DNA of 64,000 nucleotides, taken from positions 1,756 to 65,755 of the forward strand of contig DYKG01000011.1 of assembly GCA_020722725.1 (NCBI GenBank), written 5' to 3'. Positions within the stretch are counted from its first letter, which is position 1. The number at the start of each line of letters is the position of its first letter. Positions 38,378-47,515 of the stretch are shown here, one piece after another. Under the pieces are notes generated by a model. That model worked only from the letters and a program-made list of their open reading frames with translations, did no database searches and was not told the DNA's origin. Position numbers and translations under genes: made by a program. This DNA is from Candidatus Methylomirabilis sp. Its GTDB lineage: Bacteria > Muiribacteriota > Ozemobacteria > Ozemobacterales > Ozemobacteraceae.

Positions 38378-40867
38378 ATGATGTGGCCATTTAACAACCA
38401 TAGAGACCCTGAGATTCTGATTAAGGAACTCGAAAACCCTGATCCGTCGATCAGGGAAAAGGCTTTTAAAGAATTAAAAACTCATACTGACCCTGAAGCA
38501 GACCGAATAGTTCTGGCGGCAATCGAAGCCTATGATCAGATTAATGTCGACCTTCTTCTGCCCCTGATTGACATTGCCGGTTCAAGGCAACTTGAAGAGG
38601 CCCTGCCTGTTTTAAAAAACATTTTAAAAACCAGCGATATTAGTTTAAAAGAATCTGCTATCCAGGCCTTGGCTGCAATTCCGACCCAGGAAAGCCTGGA
38701 TATTCTTGTTCCAATGCTGGCATCAGATGATCCACCAATAAAGCAGATGACTTACAATCTTATAAGCGAAGTTTTTGGCCGGGATTCTCTCGGTGCTCTT
38801 ATTAGAGCAGTTCCGGCAGATAAGAAACATCCTCTTTATTTTGAGATCGTTGCCCTGATGGAGGATCTGGATCTTTTTTCCAAGTTGAAAGAAAACTTTG
38901 ATCACCCAGATTACCGGGTTAAAGATTTTAATTTTGAAAACCTGGTTAAATTCCATCGGCCTGATTTTATTCCACTTTTCCTTGATTTTTACAATCAGGC
39001 ATCAAAGTCACGAAAAGACCAGATAATTGATATACTCGAAGATTATTCCGCGGTTGAACTGCTTCCATATTTCAAACAATTATTTAATAAATCGATCAAT
39101 GACTCCCTTTATCAGCTGGCCGACCATCTAATTTTTTCAAAATTTTCGACTGCCGGCGAAGAAATACTTGATTTTGCAATGGGAATCAGCGACAACCGAT
39201 ATCGCAGCAAAATTGTCGTTCCACTTTGCCGGCACATTGACCCTTTTTTGTTTTTTAAAGCATATGAACTTCTCTTTGACCCTGTTTCAGATATAAAAAC
39301 AAATGCATTCAATGCTTTGTCCGCCCTGATTTCATCAACCTGGCAACGGCTGCATGACAAAAATGACCCCAATCGCCCTGCTCTGCTGAAATTGTATGAT
39401 CAATGGGAAAAACATATCACCAGTCAGTTGCGCGACAAAGATGTTCCCGAAGATCGTCGAAAAACAGCCCGGCGCCTCTTTTTTTCATTCGCAAACAATA
39501 AACATTCCCTGATTAAGCCTTACATTCGTGAATTCTTTGAAAACAATTTTCAGGAAACTTATTTTTTTATCAAAGACTGGAAATTTGAAGAGCAGTTTTC
39601 GCTTTTATTAGAACTGGTAAAAGCAGATCCGTCTTTTGCAACCCTTCTTCTGAATCTTGCGCAGAATAATAATGAAGAAAGCCTCTGGCGAATCATTCTA
39701 AAACTAATGCCTGCTCTTGATCCTGAAGACAAGCAGGCATTCAGGCGAAACCTTATCAATCGCAACCGCTCGATGTCAATTGAACCGTTTCTAAAGGACA
39801 GCGACAGCATAGTACGTTCTTCTGCCATTGAATTTGCTGCAGAACTCAAGATAAACGGACTTTTAGACCTGTTAAAAAAGGCAAGCAAAGACCCGGCTCC
39901 AGAAGTTAGACTTAAAGCAATCGAATGTCTCTGCGGTCAAAATTATCCACAGACCAAAACGGTTCTGGTCGAGGCACTTTCTGATCCTGAAGGAGAAGTA
40001 GCTTACTTTGCCCTTGCTCACCTTAAGGAAATCCTGGGTTCAGCTAAAATTGCACCTTATCTTGCCCGATTTATCAACAGCCCGGTCGATAAAATCCGAG
40101 ATTTTGCCTTGGTCGAGATAGCTGAAATCACGAAGAAGCGATACAAAGAAAATTTTAACAATCTTAACCCTGAAGTTAGAAAGCTGGCTGCCAAAGTTAT
40201 TCAGAAAATTGACCAGAATTTTTCTGACCAGATCATTCAAGATCTCTCCTCCCTGGATCCTCAGGTAAGGCTGCAGGCAGCGAGATTACTAGAGAATATT
40301 CAGGTTGATTCTCGGGGAAAAGACGCTTTGCTTGCTGCAATGAAAGACCCTTCAAAATTGGTAAGGGCAGCCGTGGTAAAAACTCTTGGAGTTCTGGCTG
40401 ATGCAAATCTGATCAAACAATTGATTAGTTTCTTCAATGACCCGGACCCAAGAGTTCGTGCGAATACGATTGAAGCCATATCATCTCTTGGTGATCGGCA
40501 GGCAATTCAAATTCTACTGCCATTTCTTGAGGACTCGAACAATAGAATCAGAGCTAATGCAATTGTTGGAATCAGCCGGATCGGCCAGGTTAATTATGTG
40601 CCGGTTCTTCAAAAGATGCTGGCAGACAAAAATGCTAACATGCAGGCAAGCGCCATTTGGGCGATTGGTGAGATCAACAATGAAAACCTGTTGAATTTTG
40701 TTTTTCCTTTTCTAAACCATCGCGATGAAATGTTGAGATTCAATGCAATTCGCACCATAAGCCGTATTAGACCAGAATTTCTGCAGCCGTACCTGCCAAA
40801 TCTCCGCAAAGATCCATCAAACAAGATTCGAAAGCTGGTAACCTCGTTAAGTTATAAGGTTCTTTAA
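38378..40867 (+). CDS. HEAT-repeat protein (829 aa), paralog-like partner of the preceding gene
   Basis: Its repeats include DPSIREKAFKEL, DPAPEVRLKAIECL, DPQVRLQAARLLENI, DPSKLVRAAVVKTLGVL, DPDPRVRANTIEAISSLG, DSNNRIRANAIVGISRIG and DKNANMQASAIWAIGEI. It starts 1 nt after the upstream stop. Confidence 0.75.
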   Translation: MMWPFNNHRDPEILIKELENPDPSIREKAFKELKTHTDPEADRIVLAAIEAYDQINVDLLLPLIDIAGSRQLEEALPVLKNILKTSDISLKESAIQALAAIPTQESLDILVPMLASDDPPIKQMTYNLISEVFGRDSLGALIRAVPADKKHPLYFEIVALMEDLDLFSKLKENFDHPDYRVKDFNFENLVKFHRPDFIPLFLDFYNQASKSRKDQIIDILEDYSAVELLPYFKQLFNKSINDSLYQLADHLIFSKFSTAGEEILDFAMGISDNRYRSKIVVPLCRHIDPFLFFKAYELLFDPVSDIKTNAFNALSALISSTWQRLHDKNDPNRPALLKLYDQWEKHITSQLRDKDVPEDRRKTARRLFFSFANNKHSLIKPYIREFFENNFQETYFFIKDWKFEEQFSLLLELVKADPSFATLLLNLAQNNNEESLWRIILKLMPALDPEDKQAFRRNLINRNRSMSIEPFLKDSDSIVRSSAIEFAAELKINGLLDLLKKASKDPAPEVRLKAIECLCGQNYPQTKTVLVEALSDPEGEVAYFALAHLKEILGSAKIAPYLARFINSPVDKIRDFALVEIAEITKKRYKENFNNLNPEVRKLAAKVIQKIDQNFSDQIIQDLSSLDPQVRLQAARLLENIQVDSRGKDALLAAMKDPSKLVRAAVVKTLGVLADANLIKQLISFFNDPDPRVRANTIEAISSLGDRQAIQILLPFLEDSNNRIRANAIVGISRIGQVNYVPVLQKMLADKNANMQASAIWAIGEINNENLLNFVFPFLNHRDEMLRFNAIRTISRIRPEFLQPYLPNLRKDPSNKIRKLVTSLSYKVL

Positions 40868-40869
40868 TC

Positions 40870-41385
40870 ATGGCAGAAGAGAATCGCGGGCAGAAAACCC
40901 TTCACAGAGTCGGAGAATATTTTGATAAGAATGACATCAAACCCCCGATTGATAATCCTGAAAAAATAACTCTCCAATCTGCCCAGGAAAACATTAAGTA
41001 TGTAAACCGCTATTTCAATAGTGGCGCTTATGATTTTGAAATTCTTCTTGTACTTCTTTTTCCAGCCATTACAATAATACTTTTTCTGCTCCTTCAGAAA
41101 CGCGAAGCATCTGTCCAGGCTGCAATGGAAAAGGTTTCGGACAAAGACATGGATTTCATAGAAATGGTTCGCATGCAAAAAGGCCTGGAAGAGTTTGATC
41201 GCGATTTTCTAATGCAGCTTTCCTTTGAAAATTCAATAAAACCAATATATCAAGTATTTATAGACAAGCAGGTTTTTGAGAAAATTGAATCAATTCAAAT
41301 TGAAAAACTTGCTGAAAGAGATGAAATCCCTGACAGCAACAAGAGAATCAGATACCTTAGAAAATTGAAAGCAAAACTTTTTTAA
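40870..41385 (+). CDS. hypothetical single-pass membrane protein
   Basis: It has one TM helix (FEILLVLLFPAITIILFLLL) and a charged helical C-terminus. It starts 2 nt after the upstream stop. Confidence 0.5.
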   Translation: MAEENRGQKTLHRVGEYFDKNDIKPPIDNPEKITLQSAQENIKYVNRYFNSGAYDFEILLVLLFPAITIILFLLLQKREASVQAAMEKVSDKDMDFIEMVRMQKGLEEFDRDFLMQLSFENSIKPIYQVFIDKQVFEKIESIQIEKLAERDEIPDSNKRIRYLRKLKAKLF

Positions 41386-41457
41386 TGGTTCAAGAATCAT
41401 GCCTGAAGAGACTCAATCCTGGAGCTAACTGAAAATTGCCGCATGAAAAACAAATCT

Positions 41458-41913
41458 TCAGATAACTTTGGGCTCTATTTCCAGAATGATAGTTACCGGG
41501 CCCTGGTTGGTCTGGGTGATCGTCATGTCTGCCCCAAATACTCCACGGGCAACCTTTTTGATTCCATGTTTTTCAAGCTCAACGCAGAATCTTTCGTACA
41601 TCGGTTCAGCCAGTTCAGGGATTTCGGCAGCCGAGAAGCCAGGCCGATAGCCATTTCGGATATCACCATAAAGAGTAAATTGCGAAACCACAAGAATTTC
41701 TGCCTGCGTGTCAATTGCTGAAAGATTCATTTTTCCCTGTGCATCCGGAAAAATTCTCAAACCGGCAACTTTTCGACTTAACCAGGCAAGTTCTCTCTCA
41801 CCATCGCCCCGGCCAATTCCAAGATAACAAACCAGACCACAACTGATTTCTGAGATTTTTTCGCCGCCAACGCATAAACCGGCCTGAAAAACCCTTTGTA
41901 TGACAGCTTTCAT
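41458..41913 (-). CDS. dtd: D-aminoacyl-tRNA deacylase
   Basis: It starts MKAVIQRV and contains SQFTLYGD and NGYRPGFS. The ATG at 41913 has GAGG 6 nt upstream, so the upstream TTG in the ORF track is unlikely. Confidence 0.88.
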   Translation of the reverse strand: MKAVIQRVFQAGLCVGGEKISEISCGLVCYLGIGRGDGERELAWLSRKVAGLRIFPDAQGKMNLSAIDTQAEILVVSQFTLYGDIRNGYRPGFSAAEIPELAEPMYERFCVELEKHGIKKVARGVFGADMTITQTNQGPVTIILEIEPKVI

Positions 41914-41925
41914 TTTAACCTCAAG

Positions 41926-41969
41926 GAAAAGCAAAAGGCTGTTTCAAAATTAGATTTGAAACAGCCTTT
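41926..41969 (-). terminator. rho-independent terminator after secF
   Basis: A perfect 15-bp stem (AAAGGCTGTTTCAAA / TTTGAAACAGCCTTT) closes a 6-nt loop. On the minus strand it is followed by TTTTGCTTTT. Confidence 0.7.
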
Positions 41970-41983
41970 AAAATTTCGAAAAG

Positions 41984-42925
41984 TTACCTGGTTTTATTGA
42001 GCTTTTCGCCGGTCATTTCCAGCAAAAGCGGGCTAACCACAAAAACTGAAGAATAAGTACCAACGGTTACGCCAAAGGTAAGGGTAAGAGCAAAGCCGTA
42101 AATCGAAACGCCACCGAGCCAGAGAAGAGCAAACAAAGCGAGCAGAGTGGTAATAGAGGTATTTATTGTTCTTCCAAGGGTCTGATTAATAGAATCATCA
42201 ATCAGCTGTGAAAAACTGGTTTCCTTGGCAAATTTGCGATTCTCTCTAATTCGGTCAAGAACAACGATAGAGTCATTAACCGAATAACCAAGCATGGTCA
42301 GAATTGCAGCAAGAACAGTAATGTCAAATTCAATGCCGGTTAAGGCGATGAACCCAAGGGTTACCATGAGGTCATGAATTATCGCAATAATTGAGCTTGA
42401 AGCAGACTGGAATTCGAACCGGTAGGCGAGATACAGAAGAATTCCGATAGCCGATAAGATTGCTGCCTCAATACCCTGAATTTTCATTTCTTCACCAACC
42501 GTGGGCCCAACGTTTGAAACTTCAAGAGCTTCATCAGAAAATGGTGCTGCAACTTTAAGGTCTGAAAGAATCATATCGTGAACATCGGCAGTTTTCTGGC
42601 TGTCAACTGGGGCTGATGGATATTGAATGATATATTCGCGGCCCTGACCAGATGTAACCGACTGAATAATCAGCTGATCCGAAGTAAAATAGAGACTGCG
42701 GGCTTTTTCAATACCTGTGAAAATTTCTCGAATTTTTCCTTCATTAATTTCTTTGTCGAAACGAACGTGAATAATGCTACCACCTTTGAAATCGATACCG
42801 TAATTTAACCCCTTGACCACCAGCAGTAAAACGGAAACGATTACTAAAGCAATCGAAATACCGAAGAATGTAAATCTATGTTTCATGAACTGAAAATTCA
42901 TAATATTTCCTTCCCTGTTGTTCAA
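41984..42925 (-). CDS. secF: protein translocase subunit SecF
   Basis: It has 6 predicted TM segments. The SecF signature region is GIDFKGGS...VGPTVGEE...SVNDSIVVLDRIREN. It overlaps secD by 4 nt. Confidence 0.92.
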   Translation of the reverse strand: MNNREGNIMNFQFMKHRFTFFGISIALVIVSVLLLVVKGLNYGIDFKGGSIIHVRFDKEINEGKIREIFTGIEKARSLYFTSDQLIIQSVTSGQGREYIIQYPSAPVDSQKTADVHDMILSDLKVAAPFSDEALEVSNVGPTVGEEMKIQGIEAAILSAIGILLYLAYRFEFQSASSSIIAIIHDLMVTLGFIALTGIEFDITVLAAILTMLGYSVNDSIVVLDRIRENRKFAKETSFSQLIDDSINQTLGRTINTSITTLLALFALLWLGGVSIYGFALTLTFGVTVGTYSSVFVVSPLLLEMTGEKLNKTR

Positions 42926-44598
42926 ATGCTGAGCGTTTTGGCTCTGTTACCACTATAAATAAGATCCAGAGCAAGTTTTACACAGACAATCGCAGTAAAA
43001 ATATTAGCAACCAGACCAATTCCGAGGGTTGTTGCAAAACCCCGAATAGGGCCAGAGCCAAAAGCGTAGAGAATTGCCACAGTCAGCAGGGTGGTGACGT
43101 TGGAGTCGACGATACATGCAAGAGCTCGATCAAAGCCGGAATTTATAGATGCCTTGACTGTTTTCCCAGAACGAAATTCTTCGCGAATTCTTTCAAAAAT
43201 AATAATATTAGCATCGACTGCCATACCAATTGTCAGAATTAGACCTGCAATGCCTGGCAGAGTAAGGGTTCCACCGAAGAAAACAAGGACTGAAAAAATG
43301 ATGGCAGTATTCAAAATAACGGCCAGATCGGCAAGCACTCCGCAGAGCTTATAAAACACAGCCATAAAAATGAGTATCAGAAGGGCACCCAGAACTCCAG
43401 CTTTTTTGCCGGCCTCTACGGACTCACGACCGAGAGTGGGGCCAACCACACGGCTTTCAAGAGCAATAAGGCTTGCTGGCAGTGCGCCGGCCCGAAGCAC
43501 GATAGCAAGGTTCTGTGCTTCTTCAAGTGAGAATTTGCCGGTAATTGTCGCCATACCACCAGTGATTCTGGTCTGAATGACGGGAGCACTGTGAACCTTG
43601 TTGTCAAGAACGATTGCAAGCTGATCGCCAACGTGGGCGCCAGTCAGCTGTGCAAATTTGGCAGCGCCTTCGGCATTGAATTCAAGATGGACGATGGGAG
43701 ATCCCATATCATCGAAAATTGGTTTGGCAATTTTAAGATCGCGACCGGTAACTTCTGCGCGTTTTTGCAGTTTGAACCACATTGCCTGCTGATTTGGCGC
43801 AGCCGGCTTCATGAGAACTATTTCAGTTTCAGGATTGATTGGTTCAAGTTGAGCGGCAGTCATTGCCTGGTCAATTACCAAATGAAACTGCAGCATTGCG
43901 GTGTTCTGAATAAGTTTTTTAACTCTTTCAGGATCTTTTACGCCGGGAAGCTGGATTCTGATGCGGTTGCCTTCCTGGGCTTTAATGCTGGGCTCGGCAA
44001 TACCAAAAATATCGATACGATTACGGATAATTTCAACTGATCTCTGAACTGCATCGGTGATGCTGTCATCTTTTTCGATTGAATTGACATCAACCTGATA
44101 AACCAGATCGATACCACCCTTAAGATCGAGGCCAAAAGTTATTTTTGACCTGGGGAAAATCTTGGTCAGAAAAAGGGGGAATTTAGCATAAAGGCTGATT
44201 TCTTTAAGAAGGGCCCTAACCTGATCAGGGTTTTTTTCAAGGACTCTGATGCTGGCGTTGCCATTTTCGTAATCAGGGTTGATTACCATTGCCTGCAGAC
44301 CCTGGTTAACCAGGAGTTTGCGAGCAGTATCGGCGACACTGTTGAGAATGTCTTCAACTTTAACCGGATTTTTTCCTGCGGTTAGAACCGAAGCCATTTT
44401 ATCAACCTGGAACTTTATGACGGCAGCGTTTTCAACGGAATTGATTTCCAGAAGTCGCTCAGGCACCGCAGCCTGTTCATCCGGCGTCAGAACGCCAAAA
44501 GCGTTCTCCCACATCGTTGTAGATGGTAGCGAATAAATAACAGTAAAGATCACTACTGCCAATACTACAATGATTTTAACACTATGCTTATTCTTCAT
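42922..44598 (-). CDS. secD: protein translocase subunit SecD
   Basis: An N-terminal TM is followed by a large periplasmic domain (LGLDLKGGIDLVYQVD) and a C-terminal 5-TM bundle (VGPTLGRESVEAGKKA...AVDANIIIFERIREE). Confidence 0.93.
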   Translation of the reverse strand: MKNKHSVKIIVVLAVVIFTVIYSLPSTTMWENAFGVLTPDEQAAVPERLLEINSVENAAVIKFQVDKMASVLTAGKNPVKVEDILNSVADTARKLLVNQGLQAMVINPDYENGNASIRVLEKNPDQVRALLKEISLYAKFPLFLTKIFPRSKITFGLDLKGGIDLVYQVDVNSIEKDDSITDAVQRSVEIIRNRIDIFGIAEPSIKAQEGNRIRIQLPGVKDPERVKKLIQNTAMLQFHLVIDQAMTAAQLEPINPETEIVLMKPAAPNQQAMWFKLQKRAEVTGRDLKIAKPIFDDMGSPIVHLEFNAEGAAKFAQLTGAHVGDQLAIVLDNKVHSAPVIQTRITGGMATITGKFSLEEAQNLAIVLRAGALPASLIALESRVVGPTLGRESVEAGKKAGVLGALLILIFMAVFYKLCGVLADLAVILNTAIIFSVLVFFGGTLTLPGIAGLILTIGMAVDANIIIFERIREEFRSGKTVKASINSGFDRALACIVDSNVTTLLTVAILYAFGSGPIRGFATTLGIGLVANIFTAIVCVKLALDLIYSGNRAKTLSI

Positions 44599-44641
44599 TT
44601 ACATGACACTCCCTTGCTAAGGTCGACCAAAGTAGACAGGC

Positions 44642-44670
44642 ATTATATTCAAGCCGATGTGGCAAGTCAA
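44642..44670 (-). promoter_or_regulatory. sigma-70 type promoter of secDF
   Basis: On the minus strand it reads TTGACT, a 17-nt spacer (tgccacatcggcttgaa), then TATAAT. It lies ~40 nt upstream of the secD ATG. Confidence 0.65.
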
Positions 44671-44714
44671 TGAATATTTGTTCGACTTTTCGAGTTGAAT
44701 TTAATCTTTTTTTA

Positions 44715-44743
44715 TTTACACATTCAGTGAAAGAAGATATTCT
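44715..44743 (+). promoter_or_regulatory. candidate sigma-70 promoter of the TPR gene
   Basis: It reads TTTACA, a 17-nt spacer (cattcagtgaaagaaga), then TATTCT. It lies 33 nt upstream of the ATG at 44777. Confidence 0.4.
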
Positions 44744-44776
44744 GTCACTACCAGACCAATATTTGAACTCAATCAA

Positions 44777-47443
44777 ATGAAAAAAAACAATCGCAAAAGA
44801 TTGGTATGCCTGTTGTTTCTCTCGCTGATCGGGCTATTTTCTTTGCATGCTCAATCAGAGCAGGCTGCCCCATTGGTAAAAAAAGCCAGAGACCATCTTA
44901 ACCTCTTTCACTATGATCAGGCCAGAGCAATGCTCAAACAAGCCATCCAAATTGACCCGGAAAATTGGGAAGCTTATTACCTGATTGGCCGGTCTTTCAT
45001 CAAACAGAAAAACGATGTTGAAGCTGAAAAATACCTGAGTAAGGCTCACAGCCTAAATTCAAATGAATTAGACTGTCAGAAGGCATTGGGCGCCGTTTAT
45101 ATCAATCTGGCAAAGACGGCTCAGGGCAACGGCAAACCGGATGAAATGACGGAGTTCCTGCATAAGGCCTGTAGAGCCTATCCTGCTGGAACAAAAATCT
45201 GGCAGACTTTGTTTGAAAATTGGTGGAAAGCCGGACAATATGACAAGATCGCGGCAGAAGGTGATTTTCTTGCTAAAGAAAACAAACGTTTGCTTGAACA
45301 GGGCGACGACAAAAACCTGCAACAAGCTCTGGTTATTGTTGCGAAAACTTATTTTCAGAAGGGTGATTTTCCTTCTGCTGATAAATATTTAAAATTGGCA
45401 AGAATGATCAGGCAGACCAATGATGAACTATATGAAATGCAACGGGAAATCAAGACAAAATCAGAAGAAAATGCCAAATCGCTGATCGATTCTGCGCAAA
45501 AAGAAGCCGATGCCGGAAATTTTGATAAGGCTCTTGAGATTCTTGCCCAGGCCGAGAAAACTTCTTCAGCATCTGATGTTCAGGAGATGATCGAAAAGAT
45601 CCAGAAAGAAGCCGGCGTTCAGAAATTTTTAATCGCTGCTGATGAGCTCAGAAAAGCAAATAAACAAGAAGAAGCACTCGAAAAACTCGAAGAAGCCTCG
45701 ATGCAATTTCCCGAAGATGAGAGAATTGCCAATTTACTCGCAGTAGTCAGCAAAACCGTTGAAAAAATTCATAATGATCAGGCTGAAAAAAATGCAAAGC
45801 TAATTGCCCAGAAACGCAAGAAACTTGAACAGGCACAGCAATATCGATTTTTTGTTAAAGAAGGGCAAACCAGCGAAAAGAAAAAACAGTTCGATATGGC
45901 AATAATCAATTTCGAGAAGGCTTTGGCAATAAACCCAGCCTCTGAGGATTTAAAAAAGAAGATTGCTTCTTTGAAGGTTGAAGCAGATAATTTCAAAGCA
46001 AGACAAAATGCCTTCGCCCTTGCCTGTGGTGATTTTGAGGCTCTTTTTACTACCGAGAAGTTTGATGATGCCTACGAAAAGGGTAAGCAGATTGCAGCTG
46101 ATTATGAGGAAGGCAAAACCGAAATTGCTCCAATCATGGCAGAAGTATGCCTGAAGCTTGAAAAACAAGAAGAGGCCAAAGATTTTGCCATTGTTTTTGA
46201 GAATGATTCAGAACAAAAGGATCTTTACAACTATATTCTGGGAATGGTTGCCTACCAACAGGGCAATAACGAGCAAGCCCTCGAATATCTGAAAAAAATC
46301 CAGACCGATAATTTCCGATCAAATATAAGTGGAACGATTCGAAGCATCTATTTGTATAAGTATCAGGCGGGCTTATATATTGTCGGCCTGATTATTCTTT
46401 TCCCGTTGATTCGCTATGTAAAAGAATCACTTGCAAACATGAGACGCAGTTCAATGTTGCGGCGAATTGAAAGCATTAGAGAATCTGGAGCATACGAAGC
46501 CAATATTGATTTTCTTGAAGAGCGCTTTGCCAAAGACGATGTACCTAACCCGAAGCAAATTGCGGTAATGTTGGCTGAAGCGCTTTTACGCAAAGGCAAT
46601 GCGCAACGTTGTTATGAAATTGTTTCTGGAGTTCTAAAAAAAGACGCAAAGAATTTGCATGCCAAGCGACTGGCAGGCGAAGCATGTCTTAAAATTGAAG
46701 ACACTTCTCCCGCAGGAATGGATCACATTCAAAATTTATTCAAGCTTGATGAAACCAGAAAAGATGTTATCGATTTTCTCGCAAAAACTTTTGTCAAACA
46801 GCAGTCTGATCACAAACTGGCTCAGGATTTTATCGTAAAATACATAGCACTTAATCCCAGTGATTCTGAAGCACTTGCTTTTCTTGCAGGCACAATAATC
46901 AAGCGGCAGGCTTACTCACAACAATCAATCAAAGTTTTTGAACGAATAATTAAAATTGCCCCCGATGTACCGGATTATTACGCTGCGTTGATCACCAATT
47001 TTCGCAAACTGGACAATCATGAAGAAGCACGTAAAATTACCGAGATTGCCAGATCAAAATTCCCCGATGCGACAGAATTTCTTGATGCAAAACCAGCATC
47101 AGGAATGGCCGGAAAAATTTCACTCAAACCGTCATTGCCAGCCGGAGGATTCCCGGATTACGAAAACATCGGGCAACCGACAGCCAACACCGGCGGATTT
47201 CCAGACTACGAGAGCATTGGAACTCCTGCTGCCTCAGAGGGTTTCCCTGATTATGAAAACATCGGAACCACTGGTGATGGCGGGCTGAACTATGAAAATA
47301 TTGGAAATGAGCCAACTCAGGCGGTTAAATTTGAACCAGCATCGGCACCATCCATTTCAGGCCCTTGCAAAGTATGCCCAAACTGTCAGGCAGTTAACTC
47401 GGTAAAAGAATATTATTGTTCCTCCTGCGGCAGGCCTCTTTAA
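44777..47443 (+). CDS. bitopic TPR-repeat protein with C-terminal GFPDYENIG repeats and zinc ribbon
   Basis: It has a signal or anchor sequence (LVCLLFLSLIGLFSLHAQS) and TPR motifs throughout. An internal TM (GLYIVGLIILFPLI) lies near aa 532-546. It ends in CKVCPNC...CSSCGRPL. Confidence 0.7.
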   Translation: MKKNNRKRLVCLLFLSLIGLFSLHAQSEQAAPLVKKARDHLNLFHYDQARAMLKQAIQIDPENWEAYYLIGRSFIKQKNDVEAEKYLSKAHSLNSNELDCQKALGAVYINLAKTAQGNGKPDEMTEFLHKACRAYPAGTKIWQTLFENWWKAGQYDKIAAEGDFLAKENKRLLEQGDDKNLQQALVIVAKTYFQKGDFPSADKYLKLARMIRQTNDELYEMQREIKTKSEENAKSLIDSAQKEADAGNFDKALEILAQAEKTSSASDVQEMIEKIQKEAGVQKFLIAADELRKANKQEEALEKLEEASMQFPEDERIANLLAVVSKTVEKIHNDQAEKNAKLIAQKRKKLEQAQQYRFFVKEGQTSEKKKQFDMAIINFEKALAINPASEDLKKKIASLKVEADNFKARQNAFALACGDFEALFTTEKFDDAYEKGKQIAADYEEGKTEIAPIMAEVCLKLEKQEEAKDFAIVFENDSEQKDLYNYILGMVAYQQGNNEQALEYLKKIQTDNFRSNISGTIRSIYLYKYQAGLYIVGLIILFPLIRYVKESLANMRRSSMLRRIESIRESGAYEANIDFLEERFAKDDVPNPKQIAVMLAEALLRKGNAQRCYEIVSGVLKKDAKNLHAKRLAGEACLKIEDTSPAGMDHIQNLFKLDETRKDVIDFLAKTFVKQQSDHKLAQDFIVKYIALNPSDSEALAFLAGTIIKRQAYSQQSIKVFERIIKIAPDVPDYYAALITNFRKLDNHEEARKITEIARSKFPDATEFLDAKPASGMAGKISLKPSLPAGGFPDYENIGQPTANTGGFPDYESIGTPAASEGFPDYENIGTTGDGGLNYENIGNEPTQAVKFEPASAPSISGPCKVCPNCQAVNSVKEYYCSSCGRPL
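47144..47305 (+). repeat. four tandem degenerate peptide repeats (G)GFPDYE(N/S)IG within the TPR protein
   Basis: The segment reads GGFPDYENIG-QPTANT-GGFPDYESIG-TPAASE-GFPDYENIG-TTGDG-GLNYENIG. Codons differ between copies, so conservation is at the protein level. Confidence 0.85.
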
Positions 47444-47448
47444 AAGAA

Positions 47449-47481
47449 ATCGCCCGATCAAGTCGGGCGATGACATTTGTT
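47449..47481 (+). terminator. rho-independent terminator after the TPR gene
   Basis: A 9-bp stem (ATCGCCCGA / TCGGGCGAT) closes a 5-nt loop. It starts 6 nt after the stop and is followed by a T-rich tract (gacatttgttt). Confidence 0.55.
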
Positions 47482-47486
47482 TAAAC

Positions 47487-47505
47487 GGGCTTTTAAAAAA
47501 AGCCC
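47487..47505 (-). terminator. A/T-flanked hairpin, candidate terminator for the convergent 47516 gene
   Basis: GGGCTTTT / AAAAGCCC form a hairpin. Its U-rich arm is readable on either strand. It lies 11 nt after the minus-strand stop. Confidence 0.4.
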
Positions 47506-47515
47506 ATTGATTAAT

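Noticed and set aside
47019-47288. An 89-aa alternative-frame ORF across the GFPDYENIG repeat region.
   Set aside because: It lies inside the 888-aa TPR ORF, whose frame gives the clean peptide repeats and zinc ribbon. The alternative frame is featureless.
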